In this document: positions 41,157 to 52,664 of the stretch, in pieces
Numbering within the stretch: position 1 is the first letter of the stretch
Layout of the letters: each line of letters begins with the position of its first letter
NCBI GenBank assembly: GCA_964016885.1
Contig: OZ024751.1
Location: 17,856,001 to 17,920,000 of the forward strand
From: Eledone cirrhosa
Taxonomy: Eukaryota
DNA length: 64,000 nucleotides
Reading direction: 5' to 3'
Program-made: the position numbers and the translations under genes
Notes under the pieces: generated by a model
The model's database searches: none
Seen by the model: the letters and a program-made list of their open reading frames with translations, nothing else
What the model was told of the DNA's origin: nothing

Positions 41157-41560
41157 AAGCATGGCGTCCGACCCTCTACCGATAAGAATAATTGTTTCTA
41201 CTTTTGGCACAAGGCCAGCAACTATCTCAGCACATTACTGGTACTTTATTTTATCGACCCCGTAAGGATGAAAGGCAAAGTTAACCTCGGCGGGATTTGA
41301 AGAGGTTAACTTTGCCTTTCATCCTTACGTGTTCGATAAAATAAAGTACGAGTAATGCACTGGAATAATTGCTGGCCTTGTGCCAAAAGTATAAACAATT
41401 ATTCTTATTTTGCTTCTTAAGAATAATGGTTTCTTATTTAGGCACAAGGCCAGCAATTTGGGGAGTAGGGAGGGAAAAGTCGATTAAATTGACCCCAGTA
41501 CATTACTGGTACTTTATTTTATCGACCCCGTAAGGATGAAAGGCAAAGTTAACCTCGGAA
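41157..41560. mobile_element. Fused and inverted main-family SINE fragments
   Basis: Minus head joined to a minus tail (41157-41300), inverted plus half (41302-41402), minus long-tail half (41422-41558). Confidence 0.8.
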
Positions 41561-42093
41561 TAATGAAAATAGGAATGAGGTAAAATATGACGTGAAGAAT
41601 CAAAAATAGGAATAAGTTCAACTTAGCTGTTTTAAAGAATGAAAAACAGGAATACGATACGATATAACGTTGTGAAGAATGAAAGATATGGACTAAGATA
41701 AGATAGAAGTTATGACGTTGTGAAAAATAAAATATATGATTAAGATAGAAGATATGACTTTGTGGAAAATGGAAGAAAAGCTATGATGTTGCGAAGAATT
41801 AAATATATGACTAAGAGAAGATAAAAGTTATGACGAAGAGTAGATATGACGTCGTGAAAAATAAAATATATGAGTAAGATAGAATATATGACTGTGAAAA
41901 ACGGAAGAGAACTTATGATGTTGTGAAGAATGAAAGATAGAAGATATGATGGGGAAAATGAAATATATGACTAAGATAGAAGATATGACGCTGCGGAAAA
42001 CGAAAAATGAGTGATGATGTTGTGAAGAATGAAAGATATGACTAGGATAAGATAGAAGATATAACGAAGAATAGATATGACTAATACAAGATA

Positions 42094-43958
42094 TATTTCT
42101 TTTATTTGCCACTAGGGCATCAAAAGTGGGACAAGTACAAAGGGGGGAGTTTACACAAAAAGGCGTCCTCAATAAGGAGGAGGCAATAACAAAATATAAA
42201 AATAAAATAAGATATAACAAAAAATAAAATTTTTAACAAAATCCTCAATAGAGAGGAGGCGCCTTGGGGGGTCGCACACACCCCCGAAAAAAGTGTGCAA
42301 CCCTTCTCCTCAGGAGCACAGAGAAGGGGTGCTCCCTTGGTCTTTCATCTTCCTCACCTATAGTCTGATGTAGAGTGAAGGCCCATTCACACGGGCCATT
42401 CTCGCCACTTTCACCCATCTTTCATAGAAACGGCTGGGGTGCAGCACCTCTCTCTCCATCCTGATCCTTCTTCCGAAATGATATCGGAAGAAACGGACCA
42501 GTTGTTGGCCAGAGAGAAAGGTGCCCGACCTCAGTCCTTTCAGACGCGTCCACCATACAACCTCTTTCGCCATGGCTATTACGCACAGAAACACCGCCTC
42601 TGCTTCATCTTTGAAGGGGGGAGGCGGCTTGATCATTACAATAGACTCGGTGGTCAACCGGATCGGTCCCACCCTTGACAGCAGTTGTTCGACATAGCCC
42701 CACAGATCGGCTACGCCCGAGCAGTGTACTAATGCGTGTGCAACGGTTTCCTCGTCGCACACGCATCTGGGACAGATCTTTTTGGCGGGGTCCCTACCCG
42801 GGCGCCCGTGTCTGTAGAGCCTTTCTCGAACGGGTAAAGCCCCTCGGTAGCACTGCCAGGCCAGGGACTTCTGGAAGTTGTCCATAGGTCCCGGGCTGAA
42901 TGTCCTACCGAAAAGGCTGGCCAGTTCGTCCTCCTCCATGTCTAGGGCTTCTCCGAGGGCGTCGTCGCACCTGCTGCGTACCAGCCCTCTATAGAATGTT
43001 GCGGTGGAGTCTCCACTGATAACCGGATCCGCCTGCCAGAGGGCGGTGAGCGCCTGGGCACACTCAGTGTGCCAGGCGCCCAGTTTTCTCGGTCTTTGCT
43101 TGACCCAGGATTGCAGCTCGGTGAGTGAGACGAGTCTGGGAAAGGTTCGTCTCACAAACGAGGCCCACACCGGTTGTCCGGTGAGGAATACGTAGAGGTG
43201 CCGTAGCCTTAATGCGTGTTTACGCATCATTAGCCACGGCATCCCCAGCCCTCCTTTCGAAGGGTGTTGACAGCAGATGGATCTCCTCACCATAGGAGCC
43301 CGCCTCTTCCAAAGGAATTGGAAGAGCGCGCGCTCCATCTTGGTGAGGGTTTCCCTTGGGCAGGGCACTACGGTCAGGCGGTAGTAGATGACGGACGCTA
43401 TGTAGGTGTTCGCCACCTCCGCCCGACCTTTCAGGGATAGTTTGCAACTGGCCCACTTCTGGGTCAGTGCAAACACTCTGTTCGTAACCTCCGCCCAGTT
43501 TTTCTCCACCTGGAGGTCCGGTCCGAACCAGACCCCGAGCAACTTCACCGGGCCCTCCGTCCAGCGTCCGACGACGCTATCGGAGGGCATCGGTCTGCCC
43601 CTCCACGTGCCGAGTTGCAAACCGATCGACTTGTCCCGGTTCAGCTTAGCCCCTGTGAACTTTTCGTACTCCTCCAGTAAGGTGCCGACCGCCTCGATTT
43701 CGGAGGCCGTCGACACCATTACTGTCACGTCATCGGCGTAGGCCGACACCGCTTTCCGCAATCCCGGTTCCAAAGGGATGCCCTGCAACAACTCCAACTT
43801 CCGCAGTAGTGGCTCGAGAGTCAATACATACAGAAGGGAGGAGAGAGGGCACCCTTGTCGGATGGACCGCGCGATTTTGAACGGCTCCGAGAGGTAGCCG
43901 TTCACCTTGACCCTAGAGCAGATGCGGCTGCTGTGCATAGCAGTGATCCAGCCCCTGA
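42094..43958 (-). mobile_element. 5'-truncated copy of the Tx1/L1-like LINE with 12-bp TSD
   Basis: Nearly identical to 12948-14812; TSD TAATACAAGATA at 42082-42093 and 43959-43970. Confidence 0.95.
42358..43958 (-). pseudogene. ORF2 C-terminal half (RT YADD region and zinc finger), lacking its own start
   Basis: Protein identical to ORF2 from RGWITAM onward except one K/R change; the N-terminal MLYLLSCII of the track ORF comes from flanking DNA. Confidence 0.9.
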
Positions 43959-44289
43959 TAATACAAGATAGAAGATATAACACTGTGGGGAATGAAAGAT
44001 ATGACTAGGAGAATATATGACGTTGTGAGTAATTAAAGATTATAACTCAGAGAATATATGACGCTGTGCGGAATGAAAGATATGATTTTGTGAAGAATGA
44101 AAATATAAGAAAATATTTGACGTTTTGAAAAGTAACAACATAATAAATGATTTTGCGTTCTTTTCCGCGAAGCGTAGCCCCACACTGGCGCACCCTAGAC
44201 CCAGAGCCCATCAATCTCCCCTTCCGCTGCCCTCCCATTATTCTGTGACCCTAGAGCACTTGCCTTTTCCTTCCTTTTCCGTGTTTGAA

Positions 44290-44458
44290 TAATAATTGTT
44301 TCTACTTTTGGCACAAGGCCAGCAATTATCCCAGTGGTACTTTATTTTATCGACCCCGTAAGGATGAAAGGCAAAGTTAACCTCGGCGGGATTTGAACTC
44401 AGAATGGAAAGGGCCATAACTCTATGCGTCAATGCATGGCGTCCGACCCTCTACCGAT
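44290..44458 (-). mobile_element. Main-family tRNA SINE
   Basis: Consensus motifs. Confidence 0.85.
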
Positions 44459-45049
44459 GCAAAGATATTTTTATATAAGTTAAGTTGTCGAGAAAAATAA
44501 ATTTCTAAGTACGAAACCAGTCATGGTCAATAAATTAATGTACCCGAGTTGATAAAATAAAGTACACAGGGCTATAAAATAAAGTACCCAAGGCTATAAA
44601 ATAAAGTACCCAGGGTAATAAAATAAAGTACCTAGGGTAATAAAACAAACTGCTCGGAGCAATAAAAAAAAATTAAGTGCCAGTTAAGAATTAAAAGTCG
44701 GTGTAATATAGATGTAATATAACTACAAGGCACCATAGATGTGAATGAAATGATTTTAGATGAGGGAGACTAAAGAGTTCGCTTGACATCCTTCCGGGAT
44801 TCAATTTAATTGTATCTTCCTTCCAATAAGATTTATATAGATTTTTTACCTATGTAAGAAATTCTTATTTTTATAAAGAATTATTTACATTATGTTAGAT
44901 ATATTCGTCATCGCATCAACATAATCATCATCGTCATCGTCATCATCATCATAAACATTATCTTCATCATAAACATTATCTTCATCATCATTATCATCAT
45001 AATCTCCATCAATATTATTAGATTTATTGTTGTTATTATTATTTAATGG

Positions 45050-45200
45050 TGGATTTTGCAGTATTGCTAGAGGGTCGGACGCCATGCTTTGCAGCAAGGA
45101 GTTGCGGCCCTTTATGGTCAGATTTCAAATCCCACCGAGGTTAACTTTGCCTTTCATCCTTACGATAATTGCTGGCCTTGTGCCAAAAGAAGAAATGATT
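45050..45200 (+). mobile_element. Main-family SINE with internal deletion
   Basis: catccttacg joined directly to ataattgctggcc. Confidence 0.75.
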
Positions 45201-45210
45201 ATTAATATCA

Positions 45211-46130
45211 TCTATATATATAAAACTGAGGATGTCTGTGTGTGTGTGTGAGTTTGAATCCCTAAAATTCAAGAACCACCCAACCAACTGTTTTCAAACT
45301 TTACATATGTAATACTTATGTTTTAGGGAGTGTTCTGAACAAAACAAATTCAAACTTTCAATGCCCTAGGGACCGCATTAGGCGATTTAGCGATCTCTCT
45401 CTATAATTCTTAGTTTTTCTCTTTTTAGATAGATACATACATATAACGTCGCGCCCTTATAATATCTGTCTGTATGTCTGGCTGTCTGCATTACGTCACT
45501 TCCCTGAGGATGTCTGTGTGTGTGTGTGTGTGTCTGTGAGTTTGAATCCTTAAATCTCGAGAAGTACCCAGCCGACTTATTTCAAGCTTTACATGTGTAT
45601 TACTTATGTTTGAGGGAGTGTTATGCACATAACAAATTCAACTTGTTGATCCCCTAGGGCCCGCATTAGTTAAAAAACTGCGTTTTTTTCAGGTTTTTGT
45701 AGGGGTTCTTTGAGTCATTACGTCAGGCTGATTTCCTTGAAATTGTAACTATGTATTAGTCAGCTTCTTCTTCATACCGTGAGCAAAGAAAGTCCAACTT
45801 TTTTATGGCCTAGGTAAAAAACTTTATTTTTTCAGCTTTTTAGGGCTTTTTTGAGGCGTTACGTCTAGCCGGTTTTCCCGAAATTTCAAGGCATATTATG
45901 CACATAAAAACAATTCATTTTCTTGATCCCCTAGGGCCCCCCGCATTAGGTGAAAACCTGCATTTTTCCCGCTTCATCGAGGAAAATCTTAAAGATTATC
46001 CAGCCATCAGAGTATTCGTGTTCATTTTCTTTACATATTGTTCACGCATGCAGTTTTTCCACGATTAGGTCTGTCGGCGGCCCGCGTTCCAAAATACCTT
46101 ATCCCGTGTAACGCCGGGTACCACTGCTAG
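45211..46130 (+). mobile_element. Non-autonomous Helitron
   Basis: A|TCTATATATATAAAA 5' end, subterminal hairpin CCCGtgtaacgcCGGG (46103-46118), CTAG|T 3' end, no TSD. Confidence 0.85.
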
Positions 46131-46519
46131 TTATGAATAAAGAAACCATTATTAAAAAAATAAAATTACTGCTTTTTACCTTCTGATTTCTAATGCCGCC
46201 AAGGTGAGCTTTATCTTTCATCCTTACAGGATCGATAAATGAAGCACCAGTAATGCACTGGTCGATTTAATCGTCTTTTCCCTCTCCTTCAAATTGCTGG
46301 CTAAAAGTAGAAATAATATTTATTATTATTATTGTTTGCGACTCTGCAGGTTCTGAGTTCAAATCCTACAGAAATCAACTTTCTTTTCCATCTTTGGGGT
46401 TGATTTATTCATCCCGAGGTCGATGAAATAAAGTACCAGTCACGTATTGGTGTCGATTTAATCGTGTTACCCATTTCTTTAATATTGCTGGCTTTGTAAC
46501 AAATGTAAAAACAATTATT

Positions 46520-47140
46520 ATTGTTGTTGGTGCTAATGGTATTGGTATTAGTGGGGATGGTGGTGGTGGTGGTGGTGGTGGTGGTGTTGGTGGTGGTGTT
46601 GGTGGCGGTGTTGGTGTTGGTGGTGTTGATGGTGGTGGTGTTGGTGGTGGTGGTGGTGGTGGTGGTGTTGGTGGTGGTGTTGGTGTTGTTGGTAGTGGTG
46701 TTGGTGGTGGTGGTGGTGGTGTTGGTGTTGGTGGTGGTGTTGGTATTGGTATTGGTATTAGTGGTGATGGTGGTGTTGGTGGTGGTATTAGGGGCGATGG
46801 TGTTGTTGGTCGTGTTGATGGTAGTGGTAGTGGAGGTGGTATTGGTAGTGTTGGTGGTCGTGTTGATGGTAGTGGTAGTGGAGGTGGTATTGGTGGTGTT
46901 GGTGGTGTTGGTGGTCGTGTTGATGGTAGTGGTAGTAGAGGTGGTATTGGTGGTGTTGGTGGTGTTGGTGGTCGTGTTGATGGTAGTGGTAGTAGAGGTG
47001 GTATTGGTGGTGTTGGTGGTGTTGGTGGTCGTGTTGATGGTAGTGGTAGTGGAGGTGGTATTGGTGGTGTTGGTGGTGTTGGTGGTCGTGTTGATGGTAG
47101 TGGTAATGGAGGTGGTATTAGTGGTGTTGCTGGTGCTCGT
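46520..47140. repeat. (GGT/TGG)n-derived tract with higher-order units of about 48-57 bp
   Basis: Repeated gtcgtgttgatggtagtggtagt(g/a)gaggtggtattggtggtgttg. Confidence 0.9.
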
Positions 47141-48068
47141 ATTGTAAGGGATTGTGGTGTTGGTGGTAGGGATGGAATGAATGGTGGTAATGGTCTATGG
47201 TGTGGTTGTTGTTGTTGTTTGTGGTGAAATTAGTGGTAGTGGTGGTAATAATAGTGGGGTTGTGGTGGTATTCAGGAAATAGGTGGTGGGGATTAGTGAT
47301 GGTGCTATATACAGTGTAACAACCATCCAGCCTGCAAGCCAACCATCCAGCCATCAAGCCGAGCTAATCTCTATCCATCAATGGATTAGCGGTGCGTGGT
47401 AAGTAAGCGCATTAGTCATGTGACCATGATCTCATCGCACCGACCGGAAGCTGCGTGTGGACGTCCGTTACATTCTGTTCTCCCCACGACAACCTACAAC
47501 CATCACCAACAACAACTGAAACCCTGACACCGCCAGCACCACCGCCATCAACCAACAACACCGCCATCACCAACAACACCGTCATCACTAACAACAACAA
47601 CAACAACAACAACAACTGAAAACCCCTGACACCGCCAGCACCACCATCATCCCTAACAACAACAACAACCCTAACACCACTAGATCCACCATCCGCACCA
47701 CAACCACCACCACCACCATCACCACGCCATCATCATCACCATCACCTCAACCACCACCACCTCAACCATTAGACCAAGCTGTGTTGTAATCACGTGACAG
47801 GGGCGGATGTATGGTGACAGGAAGGAGGTGGTGGAGGGGCCTTACACAGTTTATTGATCTCCTTCTACATCAATTGCTCTGGAAATATTTTTCCCCGTTT
47901 ACTCATTCATCCATTTCTTCATTCATTTTTTTTTTCATTCATAACTTTTCTCCTCTCAATCTTCCTTCCATGCTGTTGGCGGACATTTTGGTTATACTTT
48001 CTTTCGCTTATTGTAGGTGATACATTTTTTCATTCATTTTTCTGTCTTCATGGTTCTATTCTTCTTCC

Positions 48069-48117
<49 letters not shown>

Positions 48118-48118
<1 letters not shown>

Positions 48119-48240
48119 CTTTCCTCTGAAGAAGGACTAGCATCCGAAACGTTAAAACAGTCTTTCTGATATTTCTAATGATAAACTAATATATTCCTTC
48201 CATATACTGTGCTGTTTCTTTTGTTATTTCTGTTTACATT
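48118..48240 (+). mobile_element. Short PLE-like remnant with minimal hammerhead core (48126-48154)
   Basis: CTGAAGA-A-GGA-ctagca-TCC-GAAACGTTA with palindromic AACGTT; stem I pairs poorly. Confidence 0.5.
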
Positions 48241-48289
48241 TTACACACACACACGCACACTCACACACATATATGTATATATATATATA

Positions 48290-48369
48290 CACAAGGTATC
48301 CGCAGAAAATGCATACACGCACTTTTATTAGAATATTGATGTGTATATACATTTTGTGGGAAACCCTGT
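48290..48369. mobile_element. Degraded Tc1/mariner-type MITE (related ends near 23599 and 58288)
   Basis: cagggtg/caaggta..aaaatg.atacac termini in inverted orientation within TA-rich DNA. Confidence 0.45.
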
Positions 48370-48393
48370 GTATATTATATATATATATGTATA

Positions 48394-48453
<60 letters not shown>

Positions 48454-48647
48454 TAGATAGATAGATAGGGCGGTGCCCCAGCATGGCCTCAGCCGGATGG
48501 CTGAAACAGGTAAAAGAGTAAGATAACACATTTCTCTTACTGGTAATAAGGTAGTAATAAATTACTGACCTTCCCTGTTTATAGTTGTTTATAGTATAGT
48601 ATATACATAACTATAAATAGTATCTTTAATATTATATATATATATTT

Positions 48648-48814
48648 AGGAAAAAGTATGACCCCGATGGCAGAGCTCAAGCCGTTTCGACGGCTATTTC
48701 TGGACTGAAATAGCCGTCGGGGTCATACTTTTTTCTATTTCCCACTCTACTACCCTAAGTATTGAGTACTCTGGTGCGTCATGATCCATCTGGTTCCTTC
48801 CCACATTTCCTTTG

Positions 48815-48865
<51 letters not shown>

Positions 48866-49053
48866 AACGAGTAGAACCCCGACGGCTGAGCTCAAGCCGT
48901 TTTGACGGCTAATTCTAGTTCAGAATTAGCCGTCGAAACGGCTTGAGCTCAGCCGTCGGGGTCCTACTCGTTCTTATTACCCACACTACTACCCTAAGTA
49001 TTGAGTACTTTGGTGCGTTATGGTCCACCTGGTTCCTTACCACATTTCCTTCG

Positions 49054-49056
<3 letters not shown>
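48648..49056 (+). mobile_element. Two tandem family A fold-back copies (48648-48817, 48861-49056)
   Basis: Short inverted arm plus long arm ending ...ccttcgtta(ta)n or ...cctttgtta(ta)n. Confidence 0.75.
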
Positions 49057-49123
<67 letters not shown>

Positions 49124-49262
49124 TTATCCAATAAACAACTTAATATAATTATTCCATTACCCAAGGTTTCATACAGTTTTAGGAAGCCGTAACTATGCTA
49201 ACACGGGGGGGGGGGGGGGGCTAACGCCGTCTGGTGATGTCCAGCAGAAGCATGGGGGACAA

Positions 49263-49304
49263 CCGTCTAAGCATTTCAGGCTTAACTGGCCTTCGTCAGG
49301 ACGG
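49263..49304 (-). ncRNA. Minimal type I hammerhead ribozyme motif
   Basis: CCGUC-CUGACGA-AGGC-loop-GCCU-GAAA-UGC-UUA-GACGG: 5-bp stem I, 4-bp stem II, canonical core; partly duplicated in the palindrome 49287-49359. Confidence 0.75.
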
Positions 49305-49368
49305 TCCCTCCCACCGCTTGCGACGCAGGCGTTGGGAAGGACCGTCCTGACGAAGGCCATATACATAC

Positions 49369-49430
<62 letters not shown>

Positions 49431-49643
49431 CGTTTCTGAATTTGTTTAGCAAGATTCTTTATCTGAAATCGTGTGTTGAAACCGATATTGTTATACTTTG
49501 GGAGGGTCATGTTGCCAATAAGAAACACACGCACCAGTTGCTTTCACTTCAATTTAATTTAATATATATTTATAAATTTACAAATTTATAAATTTCTGGT
49601 TGGTTGGTTGGTTCCACAACCAGATAGTTGTTTATATATATAT

Positions 49644-49688
49644 AGTCATAGTTCTTTCGTCACACACTCTGTGACCTCTTCAGTGACT
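49644..49688 (-). ncRNA. Hammerhead ribozyme motif (left-arm copy)
   Basis: Exact reverse complement of 50452-50496. Confidence 0.8.
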
Positions 49689-50451
49689 GGGGATTTCTTT
49701 CTTCGTTTCTGTGCCTTTCCTTTCTTCTATCCTACGCCATTTTGTTTGTGTGTGGGTTGCGTGCTCAGTTTGCGCATGCGCCACATCCGGGTGTCTGTGT
49801 GTGTTTGTGTTCATTTTTCTATTTTTCTATTTTTATATTTATATTTGTTTGTTTATTTATTTATTTATTGTTGGTTGGTTGTTTGTTCTATGTGTGTGTG
49901 TGTTTTCATTTTGTCTTGTGTGTGTTTTCATTTTGTGTGTGTTTTCAATTGTAAGTTGTTTATATATGTGTGTGTGTGTTTTCATTTTGTCCTTAATTGT
50001 AAGTTGTGATGTTGCTGTTCCACTCATATTTTCTATTTAATTTTGGTTTTAATTCTTTTATGCTTAATTCTTTTATGCTTAAAAGAATTAAAACCAAAAT
50101 TAAATAGAAAATATGAGTGGAACAGCAACATCACAACTTACAATTAAGGACAAAATGAAAACACACACACACATATATAAACAACTTACAATTGAAAACA
50201 CACACAAAATGAAAACACACACAAGACAAAATGAAAACACACACACACATAGAACAAACAACCAACCAACAATAAATAAATAAATAAACAAACAAATATA
50301 AATATAAAAATAGAAAAATAGAAAAATGAACACAAACACACACAGACACCCGGATGTGGCGCATGCGCAAACTGAGCACGCAACCCACACACAAACAAAA
50401 TGGCGTAGGATAGAAGAAAGGAAAGGCACAGAAACGAAGAAAGAAATCCCC

Positions 50452-50496
50452 AGTCACTGAAGAGGTCACAGAGTGTGTGACGAAAGAACTATGACT
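50452..50496 (+). ncRNA. Minimal type I hammerhead ribozyme motif
   Basis: AGUCA-CUGAAGA-G-GUCACA-gagug-UGUGAC-GAAA-GAA-CUA-UGACU; stem I 5 bp, stem II 6 bp, predicted cleavage after 50491. Confidence 0.8.
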
Positions 50497-51168
50497 ATAT
50501 ATATATAAACAACTATCTGGTTGTGGAACCAACCAACCAACCAGAAATTTATAAATTTGTAAATTTATAAATATATATTAAATTAAATTGAAGTGAAAGC
50601 AACTGGTGCGTGTGTTTCTTATTGGCAACATGACCCTCCCAAAGTATAACAATATATATATATATATATTAGAGAAGGCGCCTGCCTGAATGTTTAGAGA
50701 ATTAGACACTTTATTTCCCGTTGCTTATTCTACCTGGAGTTGCGATCGATAGATAGTATTAGCAATTGGAAAGACCCATGGAAACATAGTTTCCTCGGTC
50801 AGATTTGACGAAAGTCGATCGACAAAAAAAAAAAAAATTAGAGAATTTCATCCCTTCTTCTAGTCGCATGTATTTTAGTTATCCATTATATGTATGTACA
50901 AATGAATCCGTAATACCTGGTAGAGTCATAGCGACATCGAAGTGACATAATGGCGTATCTTGCTCTTGGATACTTCAAACCTTGCTAGCCCATTCCCTGT
51001 CCGTCCCTGAACACAGCCGAATTCTTTTACAGAGATTCAAATTTACATTTATTCTTCAGAAATCGATAGAATAAAGTACCATTCAGGTATTGGGGTCGAC
51101 TTTATCGGCTTTCCCCTCCCCTATATTGCGAGATTTCCACCTAAAATATCATATAATTTATTATGACA

Positions 51169-51251
51169 TATTGGGTCGTCAAGTATGGAATTTGTAGAAG
51201 TATTTAGAAACAAAACAAATTTATACAAATGTCATACTTGACGACCCAATA
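51169..51251. mobile_element. Mariner/Tc1-type MITE copy 2
   Basis: TATTGGGTCGTCAAGTATG / CATACTTGACGACCCAATA. Confidence 0.75.
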
Positions 51252-51329
51252 TTTGTTGTTATACACACATTTATTTATCGTTTATGTTAGTCTTCCCTCA
51301 ATCTTTCATGCATTAAATGTTCATTCCTT

Positions 51330-52210
51330 GATTGGCAGTATCGGTAGAGGGTCGGACGCCATACTTTACAACATAGAGTTACAGCCCTTTACGGTCTCAG
51401 TTCAAATCCAGTCGAGGCTAACTTTGCCTTTCATCCTTAAAGGGTCGATAAAATAAAGTTCCAGTAATACACTGAGATAATGGCTGGCCTTGTGCCAATG
51501 GCATTATCGGTAGAAGGTTGGACGCAATGCTTTGCAGCATAAAGTTACGGCCCTTTGCGGTCTTAGTTCAAATCCCATCGAGGTCAACTTTGCCATAATC
51601 CTTACGGGGTCGATAAAATAAAGTACCAGTAATACACTGATATAATTGCTGGCCTTGTGCCAAAAGTAGAAACAATTGTACTTTAATTCGTTGAGTGGCA
51701 GTATTGGTTGAAGGTCGGACGCTATGCTTCGCAGCATAGAGTTAAGGCCCTTTACGGTCTCAGTACAAATCCCGCCGAGGTCAACTTTGCCTTTTAATCC
51801 TTACGGGGTCGATGAAATAAAGTACCAGTAATGCACTGGGATAATTATTGGCCTTGTGCGAAAAGTAGAATGAATTATATTTTCATTCATTCAATATTAT
51901 ATTTTAGTTATTTCATTCAATATCTTCCTTCTTTATTTTCTTTCAACCGTTTTTTCTTTCATTCAATTATTTCTTTCACACTTTCAACTTCACATTCATT
52001 AAATTTTGGCAGTATCGGTAGAGGGTGAGACGCCATGCTTTGCAGCATAGTGTTACGGCCCTTTACGACCTGAGTTCAAATGCAGCCGAGGTTAACTTTC
52101 ATACTTACATGGTCGATAAAATAAAGTACCAGTAACGTGCTGAGGTCGATTTAATCGCCTTACCCCTCGCCCAAAATTGCTGGCCTTGTCCCTAAATTAG
52201 AAACCATTAA
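51330..52210 (+). mobile_element. Four head-to-tail main-family SINEs
   Basis: Heads at about 51331, 51499, 51696 and 52006, each followed by the B box and tail. Confidence 0.85.
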
Positions 52211-52625
52211 ATTATCTGTTTTATAGTTTTTATTCATTTATTTATTCATATAACTTTTTTTTATGTTTTCTTTCGTGTATTTATTTCTGTGTTTATTTTT
52301 ATTCATTCTGTGTGTTTGTGGGTGTGAGTAAGTTAGTTGTGTGTGTGTTTGTGGGTGTGAGTATGTGAGTGTGTGAGTGTGTGTGTATGTGAGAGAGTGT
52401 GCGTGCGTGTGTGTGTTTGTGGGTGTGAGTATGTGAGTGTGTGTGTGTTTGTGGGTGTGAGTATGTGAGTGTGTATGTGTGTGTGTTTGTGGTGTGTGCA
52501 TCTGAAGTGTATATGGATGTGTGCAATGTCCATATTTATATATCTGTGTGTGTGTCCACGTGTCTAGTGTCAAATTTTCAATTCATATAGGTATACGTGC
52601 GTTTGTGATTGAGTGCATATGCCCT

Positions 52626-52664
<39 letters not shown>

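Larger units (their letters stand above)
41580..44130. repeat. Diverged minisatellite (unit about 45-60 bp) interrupted by a LINE insertion
   Basis: atatgac..tgtgaagaatgaaagatatgactaagatagaag units on both sides of 42094-43958. Confidence 0.8.
49428..50655. mobile_element. Penelope-like element 3' end folded into a 1.17-kb palindrome (arms about 575 bp)
   Basis: Arms 49485-50060 and 50080-50655 appear identical in reverse complement; reading outward from the centre gives (S)IKELKPKLNRKYEWNSNITTYN*, a GIY-YIG-like C-terminus, then a UTR with a hammerhead; (TA)n flanks. Confidence 0.8.

Noticed and set aside
44480-44535. GAAACCAGTC followed by AATAAA as a hammerhead
   Set aside because: No upstream core or stem II could be assembled.
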